Shown piece after piece: positions 1 to 8,989 of a stretch of DNA of 64,000 nucleotides. The stretch is from sequence record MG655267.1. One strand, written 5' to 3'. Within the stretch, counting starts at the first letter, position 1. Each line of letters starts with the position of its first letter. Both the position numbers and the translations under genes were made by a program. Below the pieces are notes generated by a model that worked only from the letters and a program-made list of their open reading frames with translations, made no database searches and had not been told where the DNA came from.

Positions 1-759
1 TCAATCCACGCGCTGTTCAAGTTCGACCTTTACACCCATGTCAAAAATAAACTGGTACTCTCGGCCACCCTTGAGGCGGATGACCAGTTTATTAACGACA
101 TGTACTTTGTCATCTACCCGAATAAAATCAGGTTCCGTGGCGGCGAGTATGATAAGTACATCGAAGCGATTGCCTTGATGTATGGACTGGTGAGTAATAA
201 GAAGGTCAAGACCAAAGGCTTCGGCGGGACGTATAACCACGTCAAGTTTGAGCAAAGCATCATGAAAGACAAGCAGCTGTTGAAGACGTACCTTACGCTC
301 ATCAACAAAGTGTTCTCCTTCTTCTTTATTAAAGTGAAGGAACCCGAACAACGCTGCCTCATTTATTGTGCCACGGTCGAGATGTGTTTGTACGTGACGG
401 ATTATCTGAGCAGTATTCATGATACCCTGATCGTGCGTAAGTATACCCAGGAAGACCCGAAAGAATCGTTGTATGAATCTGACGTGAGTGTTTCGACACT
501 GAAGTCAGCCGGTACCGGTGTGGATATCCCAGGACTCCGCACTTGCATCATGACGATCGCGATTGGGTCACGGCAAGCCAGTGATCAGGCATTGGGACGA
601 CTGCGGCGGTTGAAAGACTACCCGGACACCATCCCGACGTTTGTTTACTTCGCCTGCACGGGTATCGAAGCACACATGAAATACCACAGCAAGAAACTCG
701 AACTCTTCCCAGTGAAGACGTTGAGTCTGCGTGAGGTGAACAGCGGCTTCTCGTTATAA
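1..759 (+). CDS. SF2 (UvsW-like) helicase, C-terminal part; gene starts before the window (phiKZ gp75-like position)
   Basis: Frame 1 is open from base 1. It contains LSAT (motif III), KSAGTGVDIPGL (motif V) and QALGRLRR (motif VI). Confidence 0.88.
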   Translation, partial: SIHALFKFDLYTHVKNKLVLSATLEADDQFINDMYFVIYPNKIRFRGGEYDKYIEAIALMYGLVSNKKVKTKGFGGTYNHVKFEQSIMKDKQLLKTYLTLINKVFSFFFIKVKEPEQRCLIYCATVEMCLYVTDYLSSIHDTLIVRKYTQEDPKESLYESDVSVSTLKSAGTGVDIPGLRTCIMTIAIGSRQASDQALGRLRRLKDYPDTIPTFVYFACTGIEAHMKYHSKKLELFPVKTLSLREVNSGFSL

Positions 760-765
760 ACTGAC

Positions 766-830
766 TGTGTAAAAGACCAGGGGGCTTACTCCTTGGTCTT
801 TTATGCTTTCTTTCCTTTTCTTTTTGTTAA
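766..830 (+). terminator. Intrinsic terminator after the helicase
   Basis: Stem AAAAGACCAGGGG...CCTTGGTCTTTT followed by ATGC and a long T-rich tract. Confidence 0.75.
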
Positions 831-843
831 GGATACACAGCTT

Positions 844-1170
844 ATGAATGGTAACCGGTCAGTAATGGTGATTGGCGGCATGGGGTTGAGTCCTGCATTG
901 ATTGAGCGCTTACGACAGTTAGACGACCTGGAGATCAAATTGGTGGCCGATGTGGCAATCAGCGATATCCTGGAGTTTGAACCGGGTTATGCTCGCGGAT
1001 TGGTTCAGGCGATTCAGCATCAGCAACAACGTGAGTGGAATCCCTTCCGGGAAAGCTACTGGGATAACTTCATTACCCTGCGACGTAAAGAAGTCAACGG
1101 ACATACCCGCATTCCTCCCAAGAAAGCCACCTGCAGCTCCCGTCGTAAGGGACGGAGGTTCAAGGGATGA
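844..1170 (+). CDS. Hypothetical protein with basic C-terminal tail
   Basis: AAGGA SD upstream of ATG 844; the stop overlaps the next start (ATGA). Confidence 0.7.
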   Translation: MNGNRSVMVIGGMGLSPALIERLRQLDDLEIKLVADVAISDILEFEPGYARGLVQAIQHQQQREWNPFRESYWDNFITLRRKEVNGHTRIPPKKATCSSRRKGRRFKG

Positions 1171-1490
1171 GTGAGATCGATTATCGTGCATTGAAGTATT
1201 GTGTTACCAAGGTTAGTCGGCGTATCCGCGACGGGGATTCCCGTAACGCGTCACGTTGCCTCTTCCAGTATGTTGAGACGCACGCCGCATTACAAGACAT
1301 GGCCGCCATTGATCGTCTTTTAGCACAGTGCCGAGAAAATAAGGTACCCCTAAAAGAGATCAACAAAGTCTCGTTACTGCGTGCATGCTCATGTTTACGC
1401 CCCCACCTTACAGAGTATCAGTCGTGCATGGACCTGTGGCGCCAGGACATTAAAGCGGCGGGTATGGAAAACTTATTAATAGGATTGTGA
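1167..1490 (+). CDS. Hypothetical protein
   Basis: 107 aa ORF translationally coupled to both neighbours. Confidence 0.7.
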   Translation: MSEIDYRALKYCVTKVSRRIRDGDSRNASRCLFQYVETHAALQDMAAIDRLLAQCRENKVPLKEINKVSLLRACSCLRPHLTEYQSCMDLWRQDIKAAGMENLLIGL

Positions 1491-1491
1491 T

Positions 1492-1854
1492 ATGTCTGAT
1501 TATTGTGCGGATATCTTTAAAGCGATCAGTTGCAAAACCCCCACCAAAGGCAGTGAACTCTACATCGATGATTTCGGTGATCTGTGGATGTTGATTCCCA
1601 AGCTTAACCGCTTCGGTGAGCAGTCAGTGTTTCGTCAGTATGCTGGTAACCTTGCGTTGATGGCTGACCGCGGGCAGATGTATCAGGGTCAGTTATATGT
1701 GTGTGAGTTGATCCCGGGATATCACTTGGTGTTAACCAACCAAGCCGTGATGGTCAACCAATACAGCCTGGTGCAGTATGTGAAGACCCGTGCTGCGAAA
1801 GTGGAAGCGCGCTACCGTAAGAAACCCAAGCCGATGAGCCGAGCTTACGCGTAA
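1492..1854 (+). CDS. Hypothetical protein
   Basis: AGGA SD; 120 aa; packed in operon. Confidence 0.7.
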   Translation: MSDYCADIFKAISCKTPTKGSELYIDDFGDLWMLIPKLNRFGEQSVFRQYAGNLALMADRGQMYQGQLYVCELIPGYHLVLTNQAVMVNQYSLVQYVKTRAAKVEARYRKKPKPMSRAYA

Positions 1855-1884
1855 GCAACCTGATTGACAAGAAAGGATAGACCT

Positions 1885-2394
1885 ATGTTCGAATGGTTCT
1901 CTGTGTTATTGATGAAGTGGTTGACCCGAAAGGAAAAGAAACACAACAGGACAGTGCGGGTAGAACCGGTGGTGTTTGAACCGCAACTCAAACCCACCCC
2001 GCAGCCGTTGAGCAACGCGTTAAAAGAAGAAGCGCAGCAGATTCGGGATACCCTGCTGTTTGAGTCGCCGTTGAATAAATCCCGACCGATCCCGACCAAA
2101 CCCACCTTACGGGTAGTAAGACCCAGTACAAGCTCCTCACGCCCACACGGTAAGGCGAACGATGACAGCATGCTAACACATGCCTTATTGATGCAGCAGG
2201 TGTTAGCAGACGATACAGCGCCGTCTGATCGTCATCATCGTACCCATGCCCCTCAGGATAACCACCGCCATGAAGACCGACCCTCGTACCATTCCACGCC
2301 CACTCATCATAGCAGCCCTGGTAGTAGTCGCGATGATGATAACGGGAGTAATGATTACAGTAGCGGACCTAGTGACAGCGGTTCGTCTGATTAA
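1885..2394 (+). CDS. Hypothetical protein: N-terminal amphipathic segment, disordered His/Ser/Asp-rich C-terminus
   Basis: AAGGA SD before ATG 1885; begins MFEWFSVLLMKWL and ends SSGPSDSGSSD. Confidence 0.7.
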   Translation: MFEWFSVLLMKWLTRKEKKHNRTVRVEPVVFEPQLKPTPQPLSNALKEEAQQIRDTLLFESPLNKSRPIPTKPTLRVVRPSTSSSRPHGKANDDSMLTHALLMQQVLADDTAPSDRHHRTHAPQDNHRHEDRPSYHSTPTHHSSPGSSRDDDNGSNDYSSGPSDSGSSD

Positions 2395-2433
2395 CACCTT
2401 CGATTAACCTTACGTAATAAGGAACGCCTCACC

Positions 2434-2673
2434 ATGACAGATCCCCACCCCATTCTCGCCGCAGCCATCGGAGAGCCCCAGGATGACGATTACTGGGACT
2501 TTCCGGGCGAGACTGTTGTTGGTCACGGTGATCTGATGTACACCAATATCCATAAACCCCAAGCATTATGGAACGGTGTTATTCGGTCACTGCAAAAACG
2601 TTTCCTTACCGAACCACCGAACACCCAAAAGGAACAGCATCATGTCGCACAAGAACCGCGCCCCTCAAATTAA
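2434..2673 (+). CDS. Hypothetical protein
   Basis: AAGGA SD; 79 aa; overlaps the next gene start. Confidence 0.6.
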   Translation: MTDPHPILAAAIGEPQDDDYWDFPGETVVGHGDLMYTNIHKPQALWNGVIRSLQKRFLTEPPNTQKEQHHVAQEPRPSN

Positions 2674-3436
2674 GTTAACCGGCATCAGAGATGGCGAAAA
2701 TGACGTCTATATCCCCGTGGCTGGATTAGGTATTGCTAATGCCGCTGGAATTACGTACGACCCCACCGCAATTAGTAGTGCGCTGGATAAGCTTCGAACT
2801 GACAGGCGTTATTTCGATAATTTGCAAAGCCATCCGTATTATCAGCAGAACCTGTTTACGAAATACATTGGTCTGATACCTGATGACGCTGATTATCGCG
2901 GCACACCTGTTCAACGCCATCCGTTCATGCGTGAGATGGCATTGCGGTTTGGCATCGCGCTGGAATCAGTCAGACTCAACTCCCATCGTCAGACCGGTAA
3001 ATCGAATTTCATGTACTACCGCATGGTGCAGTTCCACAACCATTATCTGCAGGAAATGACCGATATAAAGGCAAGCAAGCCGATCCCTATTGACCTTACC
3101 CGTTACCTGAAATTAATAACCGGTAAGGATTTCTGGGAGAAGCCTGGCGTGGGTGCATGGGGTAGTGAGTTTACCGAACTCTATTTTCATAGACACCAGG
3201 CAGGTAGTGGTGGTAAGTCAATGTTCTACAACATGCTGCCGAGAATCAAACTGCATCTGGCTGGTATTCACGCAACTCTCGGTGGTCGACCGTGGATCTA
3301 CCACAATGTTGTCAGTCGTGGTCCTGCAGGTTTCTGGCCAGCCACAATAGAGTACGGTATGGCAAGCAACGGCCCGGCTATGACTGCTCAGCTTAACCGT
3401 GAGCGTATGATCAGACCTAAGAAAGGGAGAGCATAA
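2642..3436 (+). CDS. Hypothetical protein with two Walker-A-like remnants
   Basis: AAGGA SD before ATG 2642; contains RQTGKS and GSGGKS. Confidence 0.7.
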   Translation: MSHKNRAPQIKLTGIRDGENDVYIPVAGLGIANAAGITYDPTAISSALDKLRTDRRYFDNLQSHPYYQQNLFTKYIGLIPDDADYRGTPVQRHPFMREMALRFGIALESVRLNSHRQTGKSNFMYYRMVQFHNHYLQEMTDIKASKPIPIDLTRYLKLITGKDFWEKPGVGAWGSEFTELYFHRHQAGSGGKSMFYNMLPRIKLHLAGIHATLGGRPWIYHNVVSRGPAGFWPATIEYGMASNGPAMTAQLNRERMIRPKKGRA

Positions 3437-4338
3437 TGGCTTTAGATCAAGAGTATTACGAAAAGGCATTAGCGGTGCTCGCTTCCAAAGGTTTCCCTGA
3501 TAAGGAAGCAGACGAAATTGCCACAACCCTTTCTGTCTATCTGCCTATGCGATTCATCAAGGCTGGTGAATGGGCGCTGTTGTCACAGGACGTGACACCC
3601 GTTAACTCGTTGGCGCTCAAGCACCTGGAGTTACTCGAAAGAATTCCTGAGTTAAAGAAGCCCATGATTCTTAAGATGCCGACCGATTTCACCTACACAA
3701 CCTACGGTCAGGAGTATTGTCCAGGTGCCGATGCACCCGTATACAAAACTGGCCCTGATGGTTACACACATCACCCGGTAGGCTGGGAAAGTGGAATTAC
3801 TGGTGTGACGGGTATTTCTGGCGAGGATGGTGTTGAAATTGGCGGTGTTAAACCTGTACGTCATGATTTCAAATACGCGTTACCACCCGAGCTCGGTTTA
3901 CCGAAGGGTGTAACACCGGAACAAGCTAATTATCTGAAGCTTCATGACCTCAGTGATATCGAGGGGATCAAGCGGGCTTATCCAGATATAGATGAAGAGA
4001 CTGCTCAAAGTCTGTCGGCTATGCAGCGTAAGATCGACCAACGTTTAGGGCGTGCACATCGTGAAACACGCAACTCTGAAATGCTTGGTCAGCGGGCTCA
4101 GCAGCAGTATCGTGGTAGCTTGTTTGAGAAGTTCTTGATTGACGAACCGATCGGTGAACCTAAAGGCATGACCGTCAAGATCATGACGCACTCCATTCGC
4201 AACTTCGGCCACGGGTTACAAATCAGCACACCGTTGTTTGGCCAGAGTCATAAATCTCCAACGGGCCCACAAACTATGCCGGGTCTTGAAAAGGGACGTA
4301 ATGGCCACGGCAAGCGTAAAAAGAAAGGTAAACGATGA
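3436..4338 (+). CDS. Hypothetical protein
   Basis: GGGAG SD; TAATG overlap with the previous gene; 300 aa ending GKRKKKGKR. Confidence 0.75.
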   Translation: MALDQEYYEKALAVLASKGFPDKEADEIATTLSVYLPMRFIKAGEWALLSQDVTPVNSLALKHLELLERIPELKKPMILKMPTDFTYTTYGQEYCPGADAPVYKTGPDGYTHHPVGWESGITGVTGISGEDGVEIGGVKPVRHDFKYALPPELGLPKGVTPEQANYLKLHDLSDIEGIKRAYPDIDEETAQSLSAMQRKIDQRLGRAHRETRNSEMLGQRAQQQYRGSLFEKFLIDEPIGEPKGMTVKIMTHSIRNFGHGLQISTPLFGQSHKSPTGPQTMPGLEKGRNGHGKRKKKGKR

Positions 4339-5117
4339 TTAACGGTAACACTGAGGGGTCATGGGAATCCCTCCTTAAATGGCATTGGTTTGAAGAGCGG
4401 TCAGCCCGACGGGAGCCAATGCATTTCGTGGTTGTCGATTACGATACGGGTAGTGAAGCCAAGGCGTTTCAGCAGCTGACTGAACTGGCAGAGAAATTGG
4501 ACTATGTCTCTGTTGAACGTATTGCGGCGGCTGACTTCACCCCTGCTCGTACCAGAGCGCTGAACGAGCGTGAAGGCGGGTGGCATTATTGTCATCTGAT
4601 GGGGGAGTGTCGGTATGGCCGAGGTGGGATCATCATTGGTGAGGGTGGTGGTTGGACAGGCGCGCACGGTGGTGCCGGTGATGTCGGGATGGCTGCAACC
4701 CCTAATGATGGATCGATACTATACCAAACCGATTGCAATGATCCTGTGGTTGGCAGGCGTAAGTTTAAGACGGTGCGGGATGTCATGGAAAAGGCCAGTC
4801 CTTACGATTGGCCGGTAGAAATCTGTGTAGTGGGTAACCGGCGTGACCCAGAAGTCGTGGCATTATCCCAAGCTGTGTTCAAATCGGTGGGTAGTCGCAA
4901 TATCAAAGTCACTGCCAAAACCCATCAGGAAATGATGTTTAACCAGCGCACACACCAGGTGGTTAATATCACGCCGGCGAAGTATCAAGCGGAGTTTGAA
5001 GCGGCTTACCAGGAAGCTTACATCAACGCTAACACGGTCTCGACCATGCCGGTACGCCTTGGCCCACGTGGACCGTTGCATTCGGTCTTGGCAACCCAAC
5101 GCAAGAAACACTTTTAA
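4335..5117 (+). CDS. Hypothetical protein with Gly-rich central segment
   Basis: ATGA overlap; 260 aa; contains GRGGIIIGEGGGWTGAHGGAG. Confidence 0.72.
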   Translation: MINGNTEGSWESLLKWHWFEERSARREPMHFVVVDYDTGSEAKAFQQLTELAEKLDYVSVERIAAADFTPARTRALNEREGGWHYCHLMGECRYGRGGIIIGEGGGWTGAHGGAGDVGMAATPNDGSILYQTDCNDPVVGRRKFKTVRDVMEKASPYDWPVEICVVGNRRDPEVVALSQAVFKSVGSRNIKVTAKTHQEMMFNQRTHQVVNITPAKYQAEFEAAYQEAYINANTVSTMPVRLGPRGPLHSVLATQRKKHF

Positions 5118-5144
5118 TCAGTTCCCCTCAACAGGAGAGTAACC

Positions 5145-5450
5145 ATGTGTAACATGCGATCGGATTGGTTTGTAGAAGACGAACCGTCCATGAAGGAAAG
5201 TGATCCGCATTTCGACAACAAAGCAATGGATGGCTTGATGGCAAAGATCCGTGACTTTGTTAAAGAGAGTGATGCGGCGACCTATGTCCCGCAAGCCCTG
5301 TTTGGCGAAGCCGGTAAAGTTAACCTGTCCAAAGTGGCAGCAGTAACCCGTCCGGTCGATCACCTCATTACCCTGAACCCAGTGGCCAATGACGGTGATG
5401 TGTACCTGGACTTCGCGCGAGGGAAGCGACGTGGATATAAACCCCACTGA
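5145..5450 (+). CDS. Hypothetical protein
   Basis: AGGAG SD; 101 aa. Confidence 0.7.
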   Translation: MCNMRSDWFVEDEPSMKESDPHFDNKAMDGLMAKIRDFVKESDAATYVPQALFGEAGKVNLSKVAAVTRPVDHLITLNPVANDGDVYLDFARGKRRGYKPH

Positions 5451-5661
5451 AGTTAACATCGAGCAGGCCAATCGTTATGAGGGGTCTACCGATGATTTGG
5501 TCCAGCAAGCTAATGATCGTGGTTTTCTCCAGGGGATTCGTATCACTTCTGGCGAGGACATCGATCCAAGCATTTGGACGCCTGAGAAGATCGAAAAGTT
5601 GAAAGCTGCACTTCGACATATTCGTGACTCAGAACAACGCATCAAAGGTAGCCAGGGGTAA
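5431..5661 (+). CDS. Hypothetical protein
   Basis: GTG 5431 preceded by GAGGG; the stop sits inside a hairpin. Confidence 0.55.
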   Translation: MDINPTEVNIEQANRYEGSTDDLVQQANDRGFLQGIRITSGEDIDPSIWTPEKIEKLKAALRHIRDSEQRIKGSQG

Positions 5662-5680
5662 CACCCTGGCTTTATGCCGG
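5651..5680 (+). terminator. Hairpin + TTATGCCG gene-end element
   Basis: GCCAGGG-GTAACA-CCCTGGC followed by TTTATGCCGG. Confidence 0.6.
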
Positions 5681-5699
5681 TTTAACGAGGACGTGTAAC

Positions 5700-6155
5700 A
5701 TGGAATCGAGCGGTTTGATTACGCTGGCAATGCTCTTTTTAACCTTCGTCATCGGGTTGTGTTGTTGGCTGACGCGTTTCATACGCTATCACACCAACCG
5801 CTACACCGTTGACACCAAGAAGGCATTAAAGCAATTTGCCTGTAAGCTTGAAAGAGTACTGGATGTCCCGCAGCCGTATTCGCTGGCACAAAGCGAAATG
5901 ACAAGGCTGGATAATGAACTGAACGCTTCTCTCTTCCTCTTTGAAGAGATCACAGGGAAGATCCACGATGAAACCAGTCGACTGTACCTGGAGTCAAGTT
6001 TCATGGTGGTGCGCGGCACTCAACACGATACCCCGATTCGTATCTGTGTGGCGAACACAATCTTCAGCCTGTCAACGACTAACCACAATCACCACAGCGT
6101 CATGAAGGTCATCAACGACTTTAATAACCGCTTGGCTAAAATTGTAGAAAGTTAA
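5700..6155 (+). CDS. Hypothetical membrane-anchored protein
   Basis: GAGGA SD; N-terminal hydrophobic helix LITLAMLFLTFVIGLCCWL. Confidence 0.72.
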   Translation: MESSGLITLAMLFLTFVIGLCCWLTRFIRYHTNRYTVDTKKALKQFACKLERVLDVPQPYSLAQSEMTRLDNELNASLFLFEEITGKIHDETSRLYLESSFMVVRGTQHDTPIRICVANTIFSLSTTNHNHHSVMKVINDFNNRLAKIVES

Positions 6156-6169
6156 GCACAGAAAAACTC

Positions 6170-6182
6170 AGACCTATATCAC
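6170..6182 (+). promoter_or_regulatory. Putative early (virion RNAP) promoter motif variant
   Basis: AGACCTATATCAC preceded by an A-tract. It matches the AGACCTACATTA motif elsewhere in the window and resembles the phiKZ early consensus TATATTAC. Confidence 0.5.
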
Positions 6183-6230
6183 GCCCGTGATAGACCCCTC
6201 AACCCCCATTAATCTTAAGTGAGTTCAATC

Positions 6231-6671
6231 ATGAAATACGTTTACACTATTATCGCTGTTCTTGGTTTCTCTTTTGTGTCTGTTGCATTTGCTGCAGATC
6301 AAACCAAAGTGGTGAAAGGCTGGTACGCCGAATACAACACGGCTTCGGTCCTGTATTCTGCTGGGCCAAAGAAAGGACAAGAATTGACCATGGAATGTGT
6401 ATTAGGTGGTTGGACGTTTGCGTATGCAGACAAGATGGGCGAGGAGATAAACTCGGTCGATGATGACATGACAATCCTGGTCGACGGTGCAGCCTTTGCT
6501 GTGCCGAAGACGCAGGGTCAACGTGAGAAGTTATACGCCGCCATTCAGCACGCTAAGAGTGGTATTCAATACAAGACCCACGCCTATGGTGCGTCGGTAG
6601 TATTCCCAGTGGATGGCTTGGCCGAGATGTTTCGTGACCTGCCGTTTGAAGTCAGCCCGTGCATGAGCTAA
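6231..6671 (+). CDS. Secreted/periplasmic protein with Sec signal peptide
   Basis: MKYVYTIIAVLGFSFVSVAFA-A fits an SPase I signal; the mature part has two Cys. Confidence 0.78.
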   Translation: MKYVYTIIAVLGFSFVSVAFAADQTKVVKGWYAEYNTASVLYSAGPKKGQELTMECVLGGWTFAYADKMGEEINSVDDDMTILVDGAAFAVPKTQGQREKLYAAIQHAKSGIQYKTHAYGASVVFPVDGLAEMFRDLPFEVSPCMS

Positions 6672-6684
6672 AAGGAAAACAATT

Positions 6685-7386
6685 GTGATGATCCCTACCA
6701 AACAAATTAAACGTAGCTACCGTCTGATCAAAGTGACTGCCGATGTAACACGGGATAACTGGATCGGGAAAGACATCGATTTCATTGTTCAGCCCAATAA
6801 AGACATGATCGACGACACCACACGTGGTGGACCTAATCGCCTGCTCGCGACATACATCGTGCTGGGTAACCGTATTCCTGTAACCGTTAACAGCCATGCG
6901 ACCATTACCCGGGAAGAAGGCTTGCAGGATCTGCAGGTCAGTATTGTCGATGGTCAGTCAAAATACATTGACATCAGTAATGTGCGTTACGTTGTGTCGT
7001 GTGAGTTAGAAGAGCACTTCACCTACACTCCACCAAAAGAACCTTCGCTACTTGATCAGCTGGTTGGCGGACCAATGGGTGACCCAGCCCATATGTTCAT
7101 TATCGATGAAAACTATAACGTCTTTGTCGGCACAGCGAACGATTCACAGGAAGATTATACCTTGGCTGGTCGTCTGATCAGTAACCTCGGTTCTCATGAT
7201 GCTGAAGCTAATGATTTGGAGATTATCGGCAGTTATCCTGATGACCAAGGTGACCACTATTACGTCTCCATTGACTGGAACAAGTCATTCATTTCCGGGA
7301 TTTCCAACAACGAGAAATGCGCATGGTTTAACCAACTCGATGCACTGGTAGCAATGTTACTGGAAAAGATTAAAGTTACAGTGTAA
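6685..7386 (+). CDS. Hypothetical protein
   Basis: AAGGA SD; 233 aa; followed by a terminator. Confidence 0.75.
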   Translation: MMIPTKQIKRSYRLIKVTADVTRDNWIGKDIDFIVQPNKDMIDDTTRGGPNRLLATYIVLGNRIPVTVNSHATITREEGLQDLQVSIVDGQSKYIDISNVRYVVSCELEEHFTYTPPKEPSLLDQLVGGPMGDPAHMFIIDENYNVFVGTANDSQEDYTLAGRLISNLGSHDAEANDLEIIGSYPDDQGDHYYVSIDWNKSFISGISNNEKCAWFNQLDALVAMLLEKIKVTV

Positions 7387-7394
7387 GTAATATC

Positions 7395-7427
7395 AGGCAG
7401 GGGGACTACTCTCTGCCTTTATTTTTT
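7395..7427 (+). terminator. Intrinsic terminator
   Basis: AGGCAGGGGG-ACTA-CTCTCTGCCT followed by TTATTTTTT. Confidence 0.8.
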
Positions 7428-7501
7428 GTGGTATTCTGCCACAGAAAACTACTGGCCATACTGCCAGTGGTATTCACTCAATAGACTGTGAGGAATAAAC
7501 G

Positions 7502-8059
7502 ATGTTTGATAAAATTGAAGGATTGGCTGATGTGATCGAGCTGAAGTACGGCTTGCTTGATATCACCTATCACCGCGATAACGACAAAGACCTCTATGTC
7601 GATGTCTTTTATAAAGACACACGCTTGTCAAGCCGGCGTGACCTGACCGATGCCCTGGACTACGCTTATATCGGTGTGCGGTTGTGTAACCCTCAGTTCG
7701 GTGCCTGGTGTTATGGTGCTGAGCGTGAGTTGGTCATGTCGCATTTAATGGACGCATTGAGAATGGTGGGTAAGCCTGCACCCAGGGCGGTTGAAGACTC
7801 ACGGTTAAAGACAGGGATTCATCGTACCATTCAGCTGCTTGCCGAGAACGGTAACCTGCATCCGAAAGAGGATGATATCCGCATCACGATCCATCGTGCA
7901 GCACGAGTGGACTACGGTTCAACAGATACCATCGAAACAACCATCAGCATGACCAACCACGATATTACTATTAGTAAGCGACGGATTGAGTGTGTCAGTG
8001 GTGAGATGCGGGATTTACAAGCATGGGCGCGTAAGTTATATGCGAGACACTTTGAATAA
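7502..8059 (+). CDS. Hypothetical protein
   Basis: GAGGA SD; 185 aa. Confidence 0.75.
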   Translation: MFDKIEGLADVIELKYGLLDITYHRDNDKDLYVDVFYKDTRLSSRRDLTDALDYAYIGVRLCNPQFGAWCYGAERELVMSHLMDALRMVGKPAPRAVEDSRLKTGIHRTIQLLAENGNLHPKEDDIRITIHRAARVDYGSTDTIETTISMTNHDITISKRRIECVSGEMRDLQAWARKLYARHFE

Positions 8060-8069
8060 CGAGGTAGCT

Positions 8070-8471
8070 ATGGGTAGTGCGTACTGTAAGGTTGTGGCAA
8101 TCCACAGCATCTATGTACACAGTGCAGCGATGGAAGCGGTATCCGCTAAATACAGGAGCTGTTTTCGTTTGGCGTATAACTTCGTGAATGCTACGCAGTT
8201 AGCCCAACAGCTACGGCTTGCCGTGAAGAACAGCGAAATCCTGATTGTCGATACCAGTGACTTTACTCGCCGGGCACTTAACAATCTTAATGAGCAGTTC
8301 TACTGCATCTATCCGGGTGAGGAACAACATTCCGATATGTCAATCAAGCATCAGCGTAACTGTCGCATGACGCCTGACTGTATTCATATCGAAATTCAAA
8401 ACCTCAGCGACTTTGAGCGCTTAAACTGGGAAGTTCGACCCGATGCAGGGTTAAGGATATCACGCCGTTAG
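8070..8471 (+). CDS. Hypothetical protein
   Basis: GAGGT SD before ATG 8070. Confidence 0.7.
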   Translation: MGSAYCKVVAIHSIYVHSAAMEAVSAKYRSCFRLAYNFVNATQLAQQLRLAVKNSEILIVDTSDFTRRALNNLNEQFYCIYPGEEQHSDMSIKHQRNCRMTPDCIHIEIQNLSDFERLNWEVRPDAGLRISRR

Positions 8472-8473
8472 AA

Positions 8474-8525
8474 CGGCATATAGGCCCTCCGTAATGGAGG
8501 GCCTTTTATGACATCTTTTTTTTTT
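8474..8525. terminator. Bidirectional terminator between convergent genes
   Basis: CGGCATA + AGGCCCTCC-GTAAT-GGAGGGCCT + TTTATG...T10. Confidence 0.8.
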
Positions 8526-8536
8526 GGTTTACAGCG

Positions 8537-8914
8537 TTATACCAGGCGCTGAGTTAACTGCGAACTATATTGAATAGCGTGATAGGTCGCAGGTTTCTCA
8601 AGCTGCTCGGTGCAGCGGTAGACTGGGGTCTTCATAAAAGGACAACCGGCATTCATTAATGCCTCACGGTTGCTGGGTGACTCATCAACGCGAATCACCA
8701 CATCCGTGGACTGGAAGCCAAAGACTTCCCGCTTCGTTGCAGTATATTCTGCATCCAGCACCACGATCTTACGGTTGATCACCAGCTTCACGGCCACCGG
8801 GTATTTGATTACCAGGTCTGACCCTAAGCCCGCCAAGACAAACTTAATGACAAACTTCTTAAGTCCATTTAGCAACTGACTCTCACTGGCCCAACTTTTA
8901 ACAATCTGCAGCAT
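8537..8914 (-). CDS. Hypothetical protein
   Basis: Start reassigned to ATG 8914 (GAGTGGA upstream); 125 aa. Confidence 0.55.
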   Translation of the reverse strand: MLQIVKSWASESQLLNGLKKFVIKFVLAGLGSDLVIKYPVAVKLVINRKIVVLDAEYTATKREVFGFQSTDVVIRVDESPSNREALMNAGCPFMKTPVYRCTEQLEKPATYHAIQYSSQLTQRLV

Positions 8915-8989
8915 GTGTGTATTTCCACTCATATAAGGGGAAGTTAAGAAAAGCAACCTGAGGGTCCGTCCGTGATCCCTCATAATGTA

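Noticed and set aside
1-420. 139-aa minus-strand ORF
   Set aside because: It is antisense to the helicase, which has clear SF2 motifs.
2642-3436. Terminase large subunit call based on RQTGKS
   Set aside because: The protein is too short, with no Walker B, coupling motif or nuclease domain, and it lies in an accessory block.
7434-7462. Host sigma70 promoter (TTCTGC-17-CATACT)
   Set aside because: The -35 match is poor, and phiKZ-like phages are known to rely on their own RNAPs.
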